64,000 nucleotides of DNA, taken from Massalongia carnosa. Lineage: Eukaryota. Positions 46,208 through 58,764 of this stretch are shown here, piece by piece. Both the position numbers and the translations under genes were made by a program. Numbering within the stretch: the first letter of the stretch is position 1; each line of letters starts with the position of its first letter. Below the pieces are notes generated by a model that searched no databases, was not told the DNA's origin, and was given only the letters and a program-made list of their open reading frames with translations. Location: the NCBI GenBank assembly GCA_965645245.1, contig OZ287080.1:1116001-1180000 (forward strand). Reading direction: 5' to 3'.

Positions 46208-47720
46208 ATGATGGCGGAGGAGGACGAATCGAGTCCAGGCGGGTGGAGCGGGGGGTTTGATCCGTTTTCGGATGAGGAGGAGAAAAGGGTTCTGTTCGCG
46301 GCGGTGGATTCATTTTGGTGAGTTTGGGAGAAGAGACGGTGTGTGAAGTTTTTTTTTGGTATTGAATAATATTCATTGGAATTTCCTGTTTCTCTTTTTT
46401 TTTTTAAAAAAATAATGTTACTTCGTGAAAAATGAACCCAATCGGAGCTGGCATGAGTGTTCGACGGCATGAATGACACTGGAGATCTTTGTTCAAGGGT
46501 GCTATGCCTTCAAATTATATACATGTTGAAAACCTGTCTTGTACGGAAATATTTTGATCGTCACACGCAGATCGGTTTCCACCGTTGACATGCATAGCCA
46601 ATACCGCAAGACGGCTCATTTCAACGTTACTCACCGTCGTCGTCAAAACTTCTATGCCTTGCCTACGTTGCAATGGCAAATGCTCGCCGACCCGCCGTTT
46701 AATTTCCTTGCCACGCTCGACCGTATCGACGACGCCATCGACACGAACGCTGACATCGCGGCCGCAATCCTCACTGCAGGTCTACAGTCTTTTGGTCTCG
46801 ACCTGCATCCCACGGAGCCAGCCATGGACTGGCGAGGTGCAGCTACACAATCGGACATGCACAAAGCTCGAACTACCGTTCGTCAGCTTTATCGGGACTG
46901 GAGCGCCGAAAGCGTGAGCGAGCGCCGCGCTTGCTATGACCCTGTGATTCAAAATGTTGCTGCCGAGTTCGCTGACTGCCAGGACAAAGGCTTTGTGAAG
47001 ATTCTAGTTCCTGGCGCGGGGCTCGGTCGGTTGGTTTTTGAGCTTTGCTGTCGGGGCTATACGGTCGAAGGAAATGAGATCTCGTACCATCAACTCGTCG
47101 CCAGTAACTGGGTGCTCAATCACGTTGAACATGCCCGGCAGTTTGACCTTTACCCATTTGCTCTGGAGTTTTCCAATGTGGTGGGTCGAGAGCATCAATT
47201 GCAAGTCGTTAAGATCCCTGACGTTCACCCCGGCAATGAGTTAGAGAAATCCAGTCATGGGAAGCAGACGCATGCTTTTGGGAGGATGACCATGACGGCT
47301 GCCGATTTTGCGGTTCTTTACGGCGATCAAAATCACCAGAGCATGTTCGATGCCGTGGTGACTGTGTTCTTCATTGATACCGCACCTAATGTCATTAGAT
47401 ACATTGAGGTCATTCACAATTGCTTACAGAGCGGTGGCGTTTGGATTAACCTTGGGCCATTATTGTGGCATTTCGCCGATCGAGGTCCCTCAGTAGGGAC
47501 TGAAGAAATCGATAGGGAGGTAAAGAACCACAGAGGTGGAATCGACGAGCCTGGAGGCGTCGAGCTGACGAACGAAGAAATTCTGATCTTAGTCGAGAGG
47601 TTGGGGTTCACGATTGAAAAGCATGAAATCCGAGATGACCGAATGGGATATATTTATAGTCGTGAAAGCCTATTGCAGAATACGTATCGAACGCCGCACT
47701 GGATCGCAAGAAAAACATGA
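46208..47720 (+). CDS. Carnosine N-methyltransferase / N2227-like SAM-dependent methyltransferase, 2 exons
   Basis: RQLYRDWS, LVPGAGLGRL, GNEISY, VTVFFIDTA, WINLGPLLWH motifs; intron about 46318-46597. Confidence 0.9.
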
Positions 47721-48579
47721 CGAATCGGGGAAGGACAGTTAGTTGTTGGACTGTGCTGACATCGAGGCTGAGATTTCTTCTTGCGCAGGCGCATATCCAG
47801 CCCAGCACCGGATGATTACGGGACAGTACCAGCCGTGTTTCCAATAACAGTGATCAGCGTGGGCTGCAAACCAGAGGAAAGCTCCCAGTCCTATGCTTCA
47901 ACGTTAACTAGTTATGTTCTCGTCCCCTCGATCGATACCAGCCATTATGACCGTTTGGCGTCCAGAGGCTCTTCTCCTTCTCAAGAACGTAGTCGAAGGG
48001 TTCGGAAGCCAAGGCCCGCCTTATGTCAGATTCAAAGATGAATCGTTCATTGTAGACTCATCTGTTCCATGGGGGTTTGATACGGAACCAGAACATGAAA
48101 CAGACAATTCGACACTCTCATCGATGAGAGTTGCCATGAATTGTAAATACAAGCCTTACAGAGTATATAGTTGCTCTGTCCATGCCTTTTTCCTTTGCTG
48201 TTTGCCGGCTACTAGCCACCGCCTCCTTAGTCCATCCCACGCCCATGCACTTACTAAGTAACAACTCAGCCCCACCACGCGCTGTATCCTGTAACTAAAG
48301 TTGATGGAAAAGTAAAAGCACCGCCGATACTTCAACTGACCTGACCGTCTCGTCGCCAAGTCCTCCAGGAGGACTGTTCGATCTGCTCTGTACTCTGTAG
48401 GTGATCTCATGGTGCGCACTTAAGGCTAGATCATCTACGGTTACTGCCAGGGGCCTTCATACTATCCATCACTCCACACCCACACACCGTTCTGTCCATT
48501 TACACTTTAGTGGGCTCTTGCTGGGCTTATTGCAAACCCCCTAAATACCTACCTTTCCCCTCCATCCTCAACCTCGCAT

Positions 48580-51145
48580 ATGGACCTCATGAACTCTCGA
48601 TTCAAGCAATTCGGTGCTTCGTTCGGGTCCAAGCGCAATTCCAACAGAAACGGCGCAACCCATCAAAATTCCTCGTCCCTCATTCCATCCACCAACGGAA
48701 TCAGTCATACCCCGACCCCCAGTGCTTCATCCACCACCAGCCTGCCCATGAATCCGCCACAGAACGGCCTTGGTCGCCCTCCTAGCTACACATATAATCC
48801 ACATGCCCGCTCAACCAGCCCTCTACCACCAGCACCCCAGCAACAGACTATGGCGCATCATCCGCCGCCCATCAACACCGGCGCTTACCAACAGGGCCAT
48901 CCGGCGTTGGGAGGTGCGGCCCAACCGCCTGGATACGGAGGTGGATACGCTCAACCGAATGGAATGCACAATGCGCCACAGCCAACGTTAGGCCAGTATG
49001 GAGCTGCAAGAGGCCAGGCCGTGGAAGTGGAAGGTGCAGGCAGGAGTAAAGCGCAATTGATTGTTGGGATCGATTTTGTGGGTAGTTTGGTACCGGCAGG
49101 CTTCTCTGAGTGCTAACGAGCGCAGGGAACCACATTTTCTGGCGTCGCATTTGCTTTTGCAACGAATACGGAGGCCAAGGAGGATATCATCACCGAATGG
49201 CCTGGAGCGGGGAATTTGACAAAGCAAAAGGTACCACTTCTTATATGGATCAACCCCGCTGAGTGCTGACATTGTAGATACCTACCGTGCTTTACTACGA
49301 TCAATACCAGAAAGTCGTCGGGTGGGGACCAGACATTGCAGATGCTCTGGCGCCAACCGGATACCCGAAACCCGGGGTGCAAAAGGTCGAATGGTTCAAG
49401 CTGCAGCTCATGCTGTCGGGAAACACGTACATTGACCCTATTAACCTCCCACCGCTACCACCAGGAAAATCCGAGATAGATGTTGCTGCGGATTATCTCT
49501 TTAAGCTACGACAGGCTATGCGGAATCAATTACAGAAAACATTAGGAGAGGTTTTCAATCGCGAAGAGCGAAACATACGATATTTCTTGACTGTCCCTGC
49601 CATTTGGAACGACGCCGGCAAGGCCGCAACACGAGCCGCGGCGATTCAAGCAGGCTTCCTACGAGATGAGAATGACAACCGACTTACTCTGATCACTGAA
49701 CCCGAGGCTGCCGCTATGTTCTGCTCCAAAACTGGCCTTCTCAATCTCAAGATTAGAGATGCGGTTCTGATCGTAGATTGCGGGGGTGGCACCGTCGATC
49801 TTATTGCGTACGAGGTTGAGGAGGAAACACCGTTCACGGTAGCAGAGTGCACGGCGGGATCGGGCGATTCGTGCGGGTCGACCGCGCTCAATCGGAATTT
49901 CAGCAACATCCTCCGCGCCAAGATTCGAAAAATGAAACTCCCGGACGGATCCAAGACGGCCGGCAAGGTATATGCGAAATGTATCATGGACTTTGAAAAT
50001 CGAATAAAGGCAGACTTCCGCAACAATGGTCAGAAGTGGGCCGTTGATGTGGGGATTGAAGCCGAATTTCCCGAGGCTGGCATTGAGGAGGGATACATGA
50101 CATTCACTAATGAAGAGATACTTCAGTGTTTCGAGCCAGTCGTCAATCGAATTTTGGAACTCGTCCGCAACCAGATCATCGCCATCCAAGCTCAGAACAG
50201 AATCCTACAGGTACATGTCGCACCCCCGACGCTGCTATTTTCAAGCTAACTCTGTTTTTCTTGTATAGAATGTTCTCGTCGTGGGCGGCTTCGGTGCTTC
50301 TGAATACCTCTTCCAACAAATCAAACTCCATGTTCCCCCACAATTCCAAGCCAAAGTTGTCCGTCCCATGGACTCGGTCGCCGCCATCGTCAAAGGCGCC
50401 GTCACGGCCGGCATTACCGAGCGAGTCATCACCTCCCGCGTCGCGCGCCGTCACTACCTGATGGCGACGTTGCAGCCGTTCAAAGAGGGTCATCACCCAG
50501 AACAATACCGTGTGCCAAGTCTAGATGGGAAGGATCGCTGCAAATATACGCGGCAGATCTTCGTGCAGAAGGGGCAGAGGGTGAAGATTGGGGAACCAGT
50601 CAAAGTGAGCTTTTTCCGACAGGTGGCGCCGGGTGCGACTTTGATGTACGAGGACATTTTGTACGCATGCGATGAGGATGTTTGTCCAGAGTATACCAAG
50701 GATCCACGTAAGTGCTAGCCTTCTTTCGACTTGCAGTTTGCTTGTACGGTGGAGTTCAAGGCGATGCAAAGGTTTGGAGAGCAGAGACTAATCTCTACGT
50801 TTGACAGGCATTAAGGAAGTTGTTACTCTAACCTCAGACCTCTCCCGCAAGAACCTTGAGAAGGACTTTGAGCGCATGGATACCCCGCAAGGAACTTTTT
50901 ACCGTAAGCATTTTCTCTCCTTTATCTAAGCCTTCAAGCTTCTCTACTACACGACACAAATCTCCCTCCTCTCAGCTTCCAATGTTCCCACTTTCTCCTC
51001 CGTCCAAATAAAAACTGTGGCTAACCTCCCTTTTCACAAAGGCGTGTATTTCGACATTCTCCTCGCCCTCGACGGCTCCGAGTTCAACGCCGAGCTGGTC
51101 TGTCAAGGCGAGGTGATGGGAAGGTGCACGGCGCGGTTTAGGTAG
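48580..51145 (+). CDS. Fungal Hsp70-family (atypical, HSPA12-like) protein, multi-exon
   Basis: VGIDFGTT (across an intron), TVPAIW, TEPEAAA, DCGGGTVD, VGGFGAS actin-like ATPase motifs; P/Q-rich N-terminus. Confidence 0.9.
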
Positions 51146-53466
51146 TTAGCTAGGTTGAGTTTGGGGGATAGGATTGCAGGGTTGTGCAAGCAGTGTGTTG
51201 TGGGCGCAGGGCCAGGAGCATCATGAACAGAGGCAAGGAGCAAATGCCCGATGATGTGAAGCTGGAACTGGAGGATCAAAGGTTTTGGAATGATGTGCGT
51301 GGGTGCCATCGATGGATTTATTGCTTTTTCTTTCATTTCGCGTGCATGCGCGCGTGCAAGAAGGAATGAACAGAGGAGAGCGGAGAAAGCGGGCAGCGAG
51401 GAAATGGGGCTTTGCAGCTGGTAACCGATCTATCTACTAACCAACTAGCTGAGAGGGATAGTTACCTATCTAGGCCTGTCTTTTTCTTCTTTATTTATCT
51501 GGGGGAAAAGTTCAAGCCAAGTAAGGAAGGACCTAGATAACAAGTTAGTGAGAGGAGGGGGATGTGGTTCCTGATAGCGGTATGGAGAATCAATATAATC
51601 ATATTAGATCATATCATTCTTTCCGGGAATCTGAAGATTGGGTTTGTGCGGGTACAGTATGTAGGTGGGCAGTAAATATGTGTGGTAAATTGTGGCGAAT
51701 GGCTCTTGGAGGGGAGAAGAGGGAAGAATATAGAGGGTATGGATGAGTAGATAGATAGATTAGATGCTACCTACTGTATATAAATATACCATTTCCAGGA
51801 TGGATGGATATAGATACAGCCCGTACGAGTATTGGAGTGTGCCCGTGGATGGAAGCGAATTAACGAAACGAGCGAAAACGACGAGAGAAGAAAGGAGGAG
51901 GAAAGGAAAAGGGGGGGGAAGGAAGGAAGGGAAAAGGGAAGGGAATGGGTACAGCTATATGCGGAAGCGATAGATGAGCAAATGTGTATGATGAGTAGGG
52001 GTTTGAGCAAGGGATACGGAGGGAAGTAGGTAGGTATATAACTAGATACTTAGGCTAGATCGTACGTATGGCAATGACTTTCTCTTTCTCCATTCTCCAA
52101 TCTCCTTTCCTTCTTCTTATTGTGCTTCTTTTGCTTCTCTATGCCGATGCGCGATTCTTCCCGATTCCTTTGACCATAGGGATAGAAATGATGGGGTGAC
52201 CGAAAGGTAAGAAACCGGGGGGGTGAAGTGGAAATGCTGGGTATGGCGGCTTTTTTTGGTTTTTTTTTGGTTTTTCTTTTTCTTCCTCCGCATTCAAGAA
52301 ATGGTTGTATATATATATTGTATGATGGGCAAAGAGGATCAGGTTTGGATAAACGACGAAAGCAAAAGAATAGTGATGATTTACTTCGTTTAAAACCTCG
52401 CTTTTACCTCCCAAGCTTATATTCTGATGATGGAAAATCCTGTTTCATCTCTGTTGCTTTTTCTATTCTTTTGTCGGTTTTCTAACCTACCTACCTACCG
52501 GTCAAGGTGCATAAATGTCGTCCGTTATGCTTCATCATCTTCCTGCCTTACTACCAAACCTCCCTTGCCCTCGTCGGGTATTTCTGTCTCCTTCCTTTGG
52601 CCCTTTACTTGCCTCCTCATCTCCGATCCCTCTTTCTTCCCCCCCCCTTTCTCTCTACCCGCGACGATGGGAAAATGAGGTAGATAAGAGCAGTTGGAAA
52701 AGACGGTTTGAAAAGATTGATACATAACTCAAATAATTCGGAAAGGAACAAGATCTGTTGATTTGCAAAGGTCCAACGAGAAAGCAGAAAAAGAGATAAA
52801 ATAGGTATGAGGGTAAGAAATCAGGATTTGGGGATTTCAGATTTTTGTTACTAAAAGGTTGCATCATGGCTCTTCCCTGGTTGATGCTCTTGCGCGTTTA
52901 CTGACTGGTAGCAAGAATCAACCCCCATACCCGAGTTATTCATCGGGGAAGGTGTATTGAAAAACTTTCGATGTTTCATATAAGTAAATCTTTATGTGAG
53001 GAGTAACACCAAGGCCTCTTAGTAGAATATGTTGCCGTTTTCTGGAAAGAAATTAAATCGCCAAATTCATCCTCTATATTGTTAGGTTGAAAGGATGAAA
53101 TGCACCTCCACCCAGCAAAGGGCTGGTCTAAACTGAGCTATGCCTTGTAGCGTTCAAACGACTAAACTGAGGATCCAGATCAATCACCTCAGAACGCACA
53201 TTTGGCCACGGGAAGTTTAAGGAGCCATGGACTGGGAATTTAAACAATTCTCTTGAAACAAGGATCAACGACTTAGATGTCAGCCTGGATCGGTTCCTCC
53301 GGCCGAGAATGCAGATTCGGTCTCCAAGGCGCGAGGATTCGAAGCAGACTTTCATGGAAGGGACGTGGAGAGCGCACCAAGATGGCTTGCGACTTGGAGG
53401 GTTCGTATTTGTTTGGTAGAGCAAGAACATCGCAAGATCTCCGTAAATCAACCATCACACTGTAAA

Positions 53467-54170
53467 TCAATCGACACACTTCCGGGGCAGAGAACTATAT
53501 GCCCGATTTTCTCGCAGGCCCGGATCATGGCTTTGTCGATTAAACGGGGTATAGAAACTGATCCAACTTAGGTTTGGTAGTCGTTCCTCTTTCAGTTCCG
53601 GGATATTGGAAAACATGAACATTAATGCTCCGGCTGATGTGTCTCCCTCTAGAACTAGCGTTTCGACCGATGGAGGCAACATGTCTACCAGTCGCTGGAC
53701 TTGGGCTTTTTTTAATCCCACGCCCTCCTCGATCTTTTCCGTGAGAGCCCTGGGCTGGTAATTTTCGTGGACAAATATGTCATCGTGGATTGTATGCGGG
53801 TTAGATGATTAAGAATCAGCTGCCACTGTCCTGGTCCTCTGCATCAGCATTTTCTTCGGGCTTGAAGAACATGACAGGGTGCACGCAGATGTTTTTCAGC
53901 TTGTGGAAACCTTGCAGCGATCCTATAAACGGCTCATTCGTTGCTTCTTTGTTTAGCCTCTCGAGGTTAGCGTGAGACTAAAAATCCGTGAGACTATGTT
54001 CTGCGTAGTCCAAAAGACCAGCGACCACGATGTGAGGCAAGAAATCAGCTCCGGTGACTCCAGCGCAAAATTCGAAAGAGAATTCCTCGAGCGCCTTGAT
54101 GCCTCGGACTAAGTTCACAATGGCTTCTGCGGCTATCTCGTTCCGCGTAATGTAAATCCTTTCTCGATAA
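53467..54170 (-). pseudogene. Degenerate gene fragments resembling fungal F-box/LRR-like proteins
   Basis: Fragments IKALEEFSF, SLQGFHKLKNICV and LVDMLPPSVETLVL in broken frames; MULE MITE adjacent. Boundaries approximate. Confidence 0.4.
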
Positions 54171-54241
54171 CAAAGCCACAGCGAATGTAACGAGCCATTC
54201 AGGATTTCTTACTCCGCTGTGTGTTGCATATCATCAACATG

Positions 54242-54766
54242 CGAGTAGATTCGGGACAGACCCCATTCTGGCAGACCCCTCGGAAAGTTCTACTACTTAT
54301 TAGGACTAGCTTAAGCCTCACCCTCACACTAAATTAATAGTCCATCTACTAATGCAGTCCATCTACTAATGCAACATATACCTAGCTGATAAGTCGTTAT
54401 ATCCAAATTGACTGTATGAAAAAGTCACACCTATGACACTCTACTATTTCATTACTATTGTTCAATTTTCTGATCTAGGGAAAATAAGGCGGAGGCCATG
54501 ACTGAGAGAAAGAATATAATCGAAAAGATGATAAACGTTGGGTATATGGGATGATTATCCCTCATCAAATAATCCGAGGCTAGCTACGTGTGTTGTTTGA
54601 ATTGGCTACAGCAATAAGTAATGTTGCAAGTGACTGGGTATATGAAGCTTGCGGGGGAACGTTGCATTAGTAGATGGACTGTTAATTTAGTGTGAGGGTG
54701 AGGCTTAAGCTAGTCCTAATAAGCAGTAGAACTTTACGAGGGGTCTGCCAGACCCGAATCTACTCG
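54242..54766. mobile_element. 525-bp MULE-like MITE, same family as 7996-9528
   Basis: Same TIRs and subterminal sequence; perfect 9-bp TSD ATCAACATG (54233-54241, 54767-54775). Confidence 0.9.
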
Positions 54767-55939
54767 ATCAACATGCGCTTTGCGTAAAACTTGTGGGTTC
54801 AAAAGACGATGTTATCTGTGAAGTGTGTGTCTGATGGTAAGGTACTACTAAGCAGTTAGCCTCCACCGAACGCCATACCTCGGAGTGCCACCTGGAGAGT
54901 CACCCGGTGGTTTGGTTGCAGTTCAAGCACCAATGGTCTATATCGGTCAGCCCCTATATATGATATAGCCAGCGTCACCGCTAAACAAACTCGTAGATAG
55001 CCTACACGAATGATTCACCTTCAATGATAATCATACTATCATGCCTATACGTGAATGAACAACTCAATCGTGCATGAGATCAAAATAATGAATGTATCAT
55101 TATAGTCCCATTATAGTATCCTTAATCTACATCCTCGTCTCGCGCTGAAACTCGGTCTACCCGTGCTGCCTAAATGGGAAACATTATTAGCTAATACGTC
55201 AGCAGAAATTTCACTTATCACATCGTCTGCATTCCCTCACTCTTCTTTGAGGCTTTAGATGGCGATGTGAGATTCATCGTAAGACTCAGCTAGTTATCGC
55301 ATCAGTGCCATGGCTCCGATACCTTTTAGTTAAACTAACCGACCCGCGCTAGTAAGCCATCATCCATCAAACGACGGATCCATTCTTGAATAACAGTCTA
55401 GCATTCCGCGAGATCCTTTCCTTGCCTAGGAAGTTATGGATAAGGAGCATCCTAGCGAGAATATTACAGTTCTCCGCTATGTGAAATACTCAAGGAGCTT
55501 ATATGGAAAGAGACATATTCTTGTTAAGTTATGGTTCAAGGTGATCGAAATTCAACAGCAAGTTTCGTCGTATAACATTGGATTTTGATGAGAAAATGAA
55601 ACCAACAATCGTTCAATCAAAGAATAATGCTATTTATAGGTGAAGAAAATGACGGAATAGATGAAGCCATGGGTTAACTCCGCTCAGCAAAATCAAGCCA
55701 AGAGAATGAAGCCTTTGGAACTTGGTTTTGTTTAGGGTTGAAGTTCATCAGAATTGATAAAGATCAATACGCTGAGAGCTGTTTTAGTTGAAGATATCTA
55801 GTTGCAACTGTTGATATGATGAGGTGTTTGGTCTAGCGTTTTCTTATTGTATAATATTTCCTCCTAGCTGTTCATCGAAATATGATAACGGGCAGTCATC
55901 ACACATCCTATGAAATACGAAAGAATCTGTACTTGAGAC

Positions 55940-56560
55940 ATGGCGGAAATCGGTCTCGTAGCCTCGGTCATCCAGATTGCGAGTACAGGCCTAAAGCTAT
56001 CTATTACGCTCTACACCTTCGCCGAAACGGTGTTCGTCGTGGATAAGAGCATCAAGCACATCGCGAGAGATGTGTCGCTGACTTCCGCCGTCTTGAACGA
56101 ACTAGGCGATAATTTCAAGCAGGGCAAACAGGCTAGGATCGCGAGCGAGAATTGCATTAAGACGACAATGGATGTGGTGCAAGAATGCTCCGAGGTTTTC
56201 TATAGACATTGAAAATACGCTGCAGAAAGCGATGAAGAAGACTCATGATGGGAAGCCCGGGATGATGAAACCGTCCTTGGATTAGTTGAAATGACCGTTT
56301 CTTCAGCCGAGGATGGAACTGTTATGAAGCGACCTCGAGATACCAAAGAGTACCCTGGTTTTGATACTTCATGTGTTAACCTACGTGACGAAAGCAAACG
56401 CGTAAGCAATGCCTGTAAAATGTTTGAAGCGCGGCTGACACTGTTTTAGAAAGAAAGAAAAATGATACGATGGGTCGTGAATTCGATCGCCGATAGATCG
56501 AAAAGCTTGATCGCTGCAAATCAAAATGCTGCTGCACACTCTGAGATGATGAGCAGAAGA
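55940..56560 (+). pseudogene. Degenerate gene with a fungal N-terminal HeLo-like helical domain
   Basis: MAEIGLVASVIQIASTGLKLSITLYTFAETV...IARDVSLTSAVLNEL start; frame breaks after 56200; 3' extent not resolvable. Confidence 0.55.
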
Positions 56561-57668
56561 CTTAAACCCACGACTAAGATTGGAGATGAGGCCTTAACAA
56601 GAGATTCTGCTATGAGGTTTTTATAATGAACCATGCTCTCTTTTGAGCAATGAGAATACCAGTAGTATGCGAGTCATGTCTGCACTAGCTCCGAGAGCGC
56701 TGACAGCTTGGTTGCGAACGGTGGGTATCCTTGTGGACAGGGTTGAGGAAGCTCGATCAACCCTTATAGCAAGAGGCGTCAATATTGAGCCATCCGAGTG
56801 GCCAGTTAGCGTGGATGTAGACTCTCTAGAGCCTCTAAGTCTAAGATTTAGTAAGCGTGAATGACCTATGCGTACGATCGAAATGAAAAAGAACCAGCCA
56901 CGTTTGAATCGAGTAACTAAAAGAACTGAGTCTTCAAGAGTAGCACGGAAATCGAGAATTTCTGAAGCTATTCAGACTTCGAGCATAGCCTTGGCGCTAA
57001 ATCCGCCAAATTTGCATCAAGAGATTATTCAGATGGGGAAGATCAAATAGAGCAAAAATGTACACACCGAGATGAGAGCTACAGTTTACACAACAGAGGT
57101 CGTCAGAGATCATTGGGAAGAGACTGATAATAGTGCTTGTGAAGAAACGGCTCTTGGACCAAGCAGAGACCAAGCCATCGAGGCTCATATGAAGATGCAT
57201 CTTCTTCATGCCGAAAAGACCGCACTAGAAGGAATCACGGATGAGAACATACAGAGTTTCCTTCGCAGGATAATGAAAAATACTAAACCACGCGAGCCGA
57301 ACCTTTTAGATATCGAGGCTGTGAAGGCTATAATGCAAGTGATGAGCTTGGCGAACATGATGGTGCTGCTGAAGCTGTTCTAAACACATAGGCCGAACTT
57401 TCAAGGCCTCGCAGCGACCATCAATATCATGATGTAGATGCACGTACCCCCGCTCTAACTAGCCGTAGGCAGCTCACAAGACTCCGGTCGACGAGTCGGG
57501 GCACAGAGCAAAATTGATCAGAACGAAGTAGACAAAAGGGAGTTGGAGAGAGAACAATTAAAGCAAAAACCCTCAGCCGAGCAGACAGAGCAGGACACAA
57601 AGAAGAAGCAAAAATCATCATCTCAAGGGAATTTTCAGCGAGTATATCCGCCCCTATTTGCGCTCTTC

Positions 57669-57864
57669 CGATGAACAGTTGGCAAATCGCAACGAACTCA
57701 AGGTGGAGAGGCGGCATCATAATTATTATGCTCACTGAAGCCTTTCTTCTAATGAATGCCTAACGATGAACAGTTGGCAAATCGCAACGAACTCAAGGTG
57801 GAGAGGCGGCATCATAATCATTATGCTCACTGAAGCCTTTCTTCTAATGAATGCCTAACGATGA
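57669..57864. repeat. 95-bp tandem duplication
   Basis: 57669-57763 repeated at 57764-57858 with one substitution, bounded by CGATGA microhomology. Confidence 0.92.
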
Positions 57865-58085
57865 TCAACGGGAATTTCAACTTGGCACCTCTCATTATAA
57901 TGACATGGCGAGATCTCAGGATCGAACAATAGTAGAATGGGGCCACAAAACATCATTTATGCTTCTTCAGATAATGTTTGAGAAGCACGCCCCAAATGCA
58001 TCCTACGTGCTCCTCCAGAAAGATCATCCATCGACCCAGTACCGATACGCGAAGGGATTGCGCATCTCAAGGATGCCGGTGCAGT

Positions 58086-58150
58086 TAGGGCTCTGAACGA
58101 AATTTTGACAAGGTCGCACGAAAATTTCATCACGTGTGCGCGCCAAGCAT
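58086..58150 (+). mobile_element. Left end of a second copy of the hAT element, interrupted by AcademH-like copy 2
   Basis: Matches 18928-18998 (TAGGGCTCTGAA...CACGTGTGCGCGCCAAGCAT) with a small deletion. Confidence 0.9.
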
Positions 58151-58764
58151 TTGCCTCAGTACCTCAGACGTGCGTGGCTCTATGAGCCGGCTAAGCCCCT
58201 CCGGGTTAGCCTATTTTCGCTAAGCCCCTTCGGGTTAGAGTCGCTAATTCCCTTCGGGTTAGCGGCCCTTTAGCTGACTACGCATGCTACGGGCGGCACG
58301 TCTGAGCGCAAAACTCTGTATTTTTGTCAGATCCGGCTTATTTTGGTGCGCGCTCATACAAATTTTTGGCTTAACCTCAAAAATCATCAAGAATCAAGTT
58401 GACGGCGGAATCAACAACGCGCAACGACATTTCATAAATTATGTAATAATAGAAATGATGCTTTGATATACATTCTATCGATTAATCAATATTTTAATTA
58501 CATATCGATGCAAAATTGAGTCGCAATATCGATCTCGCGACGAGGACTCGACTTTGACTCGAAATTTCGACACCACCACAGCAGACTCAACGGGTCACTA
58601 GCTCCAGTTTTTCATTGTCGGCGCTTCTGATCATTAATCTGATCCTCCGAGCGTTGTTTTCGAAAGGCTAAAATCGTTGAATGTGATGAACTTGCTTGAT
58701 GTGCGTTTTGCGGGCTAAGAATCCAACTCGCGAATCGTCGAATATCGCTCGCGAACACATCGAA

